Source of the DNA: Reclinomonas americana ATCC 50394
Lineage: Eukaryota
Direction of reading: 5' to 3'
Assembly (NCBI GenBank): GCA_048213135.1
Contig: PS015043.1
Span: 153,382-188,066 of the forward strand
Length of the DNA: 34,685 nt
Shown: piece by piece, positions 31,601 to 34,685 of the stretch
How positions within the stretch are numbered: position 1 is the stretch's first letter
Layout: each line of letters starts with the position of its first letter
Made by a program: the position numbers and the translations under genes
The notes under the pieces: model-generated
Seen by the model: the letters and a program-made list of their open reading frames with translations, nothing else
Told to the model about the DNA's origin: nothing
Databases searched by the model: none

Positions 31601-32097
31601 ATGAATAAGCAGGCGTTTGAGCAGCTGCTCGATGCGATGCAGGATGCCACAGTTGCGTCTCAAACTGGGGGGGGGAGGGAAAGTGAGAGGCAATGTCCAT
31701 GTCACACTTGCGTGCAAAGAGAGAGTGTGTGTGAGTGTGTGTGAGAGAGAGGTATAGTGAGCGTGACAGGTGCATATTGTGTGTCTGTGTGTGATTTCGC
31801 GCGCGGACTTGTCTTTTTGTCACTTTCTTGCAATGCAAACCCTCTCTGTCACTCTTTCTCTCTTTCTCTCTCACTCTCTTGCACACCGACGAGAGAGAGA
31901 GAGGCTGTCGTGCTCGGAGGGTGCCTTAGTGCGTGTGAAAGGGGCACAACACTTGTATGCAAAGGGATGCGCACATTCGGAGAAAAAGAGAGACAGAGAG
32001 AGGAGAAGGAGAGTGACTGTGTGTCTGTCTGTGTGAGGGAGAGGGGCCCAATATAAACAGTTGTCTGCAGAGAAACACACACAATCGGAGAATGAGG

Positions 32098-32129
<32 letters not shown>

Positions 32130-32192
32130 AAGAGGACTTGCACAGAAGCGGAGTCTGTGCGTGTGAGAGACAGCGAGTCTCGATACCTCCAC

Positions 32193-32231
<39 letters not shown>

Positions 32232-34447
32232 CTTGTTTGCTGACTTTTACTCCGCCTTTTGTTGCAGACTTTGGTGATTGATGGCACTCTGTCGCCTGTC
32301 CAGCTGCAGCAGGTGCTGCTGTTGATGCCGTCGTGGCCGTGGGTGGCACGAGTGCATGTGGAGGGTGAGTCGGAGATACGGGCGGGGCGGATGCAGATTG
32401 ACATTGAGGAGGTCGATGCTTATGGCCTCCGCTTTGTTCTCTCTCGCCCTCGTTCTCGATTTCCCATCAGCGAGTCGTACCCTTCTTCGTTTCCAAACTC
32501 TACGTCGCTTTGTCCATCACCTTTGTCGACAGATCTCTCGAGACAGTAGAGCGTGCATGCGTGAGTCATTCTCCTTCTGCTTCCTGCATTCTATCTCATG
32601 CCTTCTTTCTCCTTCCTTCTGTGTCCCTATCCCTCTCTCACTCCCATCCACCGCACAGGCACCAACATGACACCCGAGATGGCTAACGCACTCGCCGAGT
32701 TCTTCTCCACGAACAACTCCGTGCTGCAGTTCACGATTAGCGGTGAGTCTCACTCCTCCATATCTTCCGTGACCACAACTCATTCTCTGGTGCAGACATC
32801 CCACTGTCGACGCAGATCATGAGCATTCTCAGCAAGGGCTTGGTGAATAACCAGAGCCTGGAACTCATTGCTTTCCGTGGTACGTTAATTGCTGACACGA
32901 TGATTCTTTCGTGCAGATTTCTTTCTGTTCCTCCGTTTCTTCTTCTCTTGGGTGGGACTGCTGTTCATCCCCTCGCTAATAATGTCCATCTTCTCTCGTA
33001 TTTCTCTTGTTGCATTTCCTGGTCCCTCTCCACTCTCTGCGTCACCCTTTATGTTCCACATTCCCTTCCGGTTCCATTTCATCCTCATATTCTGCTTCCC
33101 GCACTCTTTCCCTTCTCCCTTGGCCTTCTCCCTTGGTCATCGCCTGTCTTCCCCCGTGTGCTTTCCCCCTTGAGCCTCCCCTCGTGCTTCGCCTCGTGCT
33201 TCTCCTTGTGCTCCCCCCCCCTTGCGCTACCCCTTTGTGCTTCCCCCTTGTGCTTCCCCCTGTTGCTTCTCCCTTTGCTCCCCTCTCCCCTCCTCCTTCC
33301 CCTTTTCTTCTCTTCCCCCTTTCCCCCCTCCTTCCCCTTTCCCTCATCCTTCCCCCTTTCCCTCATCGCCCTTCCCCCCCTCAAGGCTGCTCGATCGTCG
33401 GCGGCGGCCTGGAAGCCCTCCGACCATTCGTCGAACGCAGCCGCCGACTGCGCATGCTCGACCTCTCGCGCAACAAAATCACTGGCGCCCCTGTCGGCTC
33501 GCTGGCCAGCGCCCTCGCCGAGGCCAAGCTGTCCCTCCGCGCCCTCTTCCTCAGCGCCAACCCGCTCACCGACGACAACATTCGCCTGCTCGCCATGGGC
33601 ATTCTGCAATCGCAGCGATTGCGCGAGTTTCGCGTGACGAGTTGCGTCTGTCCCATCATCTTTCACTGTCATCGGCATTCTCACCTTTTTTTCCCTCGCA
33701 CACAGATTGCGTGTCGGCGGCGGCCGCCCGCCACATTGCCACGCTGGTGGAGGAGAATCCCGTCTCTCTCCGCGTGCTGGACATCAGTGCCGGCGCCATC
33801 AGCGACGACGGCATGATTGCCATTGCGGCGGCGCTGTTGAAGAACTCGCACCTGAGCGAGCTGCACGCGGCGGGCAATCCCATCACGGACGCCACGCTGG
33901 AGGCGTTTCGCGATGCACTGCATCCGACTCGCGGCAACCAGACACTGCAATTGTTGGAGATTGCGACCGATGCACAAAAGTCGTCGTTTAACCGGCACCT
34001 GTTGGCCGAGGTAGAGTCGTTGTTGTTAGTGCAAGTGCGGCATCCGAGTGGTGGTACGTGCCCCACCCTTGATTCACAATTGTTCTCTCTATTCCCTCAC
34101 ACCTGATTTCCTGGTACAAGCAGATGCACTAGCGGTCCCTCGCGCACGGCAATTCGTGCGCGACGGCGACAAGGAGGACTACAGCAACCTGTCCGCCTTC
34201 CCCGGTGTGTTTGATCGCGACGCTGATGATGACGACGATGCGCTGCTGGTGGAGGACACGGGCGACATTATGGACATGTTGGACGAGGAGGATTTGGAGG
34301 ATGTGGCGGAGGACATTGAGTTTGCGTATGAGGACGAGCTGGCGGCGGAGTTTGCCGAGGGGGACTATGCGGACGATGGTGGAGATGCGCTGATGGGAGG
34401 AGTGGAGGAGGGGGTGGAGGCGCCGGTGAGGGTGACGTCAACTGCTG
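31601..34447 (+). CDS. RNI-like leucine-rich repeat protein with acidic C-terminal region; 3' end lies outside the window. Exons: 31601-31651, 32268-32364, 32659-32742, 32796-32879, 33386-33640, 33706-34053, 34124-34447
   Basis: ~28-residue repeats LRMLDLSRNKITG, LRALFLSANPLTDD, LRVLDISAGAISDDGMIAIAAALLKN and LSELHAAGNPITD. Intron phases are all compatible. Confidence 0.85.
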
Positions 34448-34601
34448 GTGAGTGGATGGGGCGAGGGGGAAGGGAAAGGGGGGAGGCGAGGGTGAAGGGA
34501 TATATTTGTGCCTTCTTGCTTTGTTTGGCGCTCGTCATCGCACTCGTTTCGACAAATTCAAGCTGGGTATTGTGCGAATACTTGTTGTTCTTCCTCTATT
34601 G

Positions 34602-34685
<84 letters not shown>
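34602..34685. repeat. (CT)n(GT)n compound microsatellite in an intron; representative of many (GA)n/(CT)n/(GT)n tracts (e.g. 95-150, 983-1025, 4510-4576, 4940-5000, 12190-12238)
   Basis: Directly visible dinucleotide runs, often flanking N gaps. Confidence 0.95.

Noticed and set aside
12127-34447. Canonical NLR (NACHT or NB-ARC with WD40, TPR or LRR)
   Set aside because: No Walker A/B NTPase domain was seen in any modelled gene, only the repeat domains.
1-34685. tRNA, rRNA, transposase or reverse transcriptase genes
   Set aside because: None recognised by eye. A covariance-model or profile search was not possible, so small RNAs cannot be excluded.

Overview
Draft (gapped) genomic DNA from an intron-rich unicellular eukaryote. 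Evidence: spliceosomal GT-AG introns full of (GA)n/(CT)n/(GT)n microsatellites, GC-rich exons and many N gaps. The taxon cannot be determined. Most long ORFs in the track are artefacts of microsatellites and gaps, so the gene models were built by hand from splice sites and reading frame. Left to right: (1) TBC1D22/Gyp1-type Rab-GAP, minus strand, running off the left edge. (2) Four apparently intronless WD40 genes or fragments; three end in a shared ~45-aa tail containing invariant CLVEIVLRCF. (3) One long gene joining a GHSLG class-3-lipase-like hydrolase to KLC-type TPR repeats. (4) A permuted papain-like (PPPDE/LRAT-type) His-Cys domain fused via a repeat linker to an unknown beta-hairpin/Cys domain and a small helical domain. 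(5) A convergent, inverted paralogue of (4) lacking the peptidase domain, plus a scrambled relic. (6) An 8-exon helical-repeat protein resembling a bacterial uncharacterised family. (7) An LCM-family SAM methyltransferase whose 5' end is tandemly triplicated. (8) An RNI-like LRR protein running off the right edge. The strongest cross-cutting signal is in splicing: 8 of about 39 modelled introns use a register-shifted donor (GTTGCGT x7, GTTACGT x1), always after a non-G exon end.
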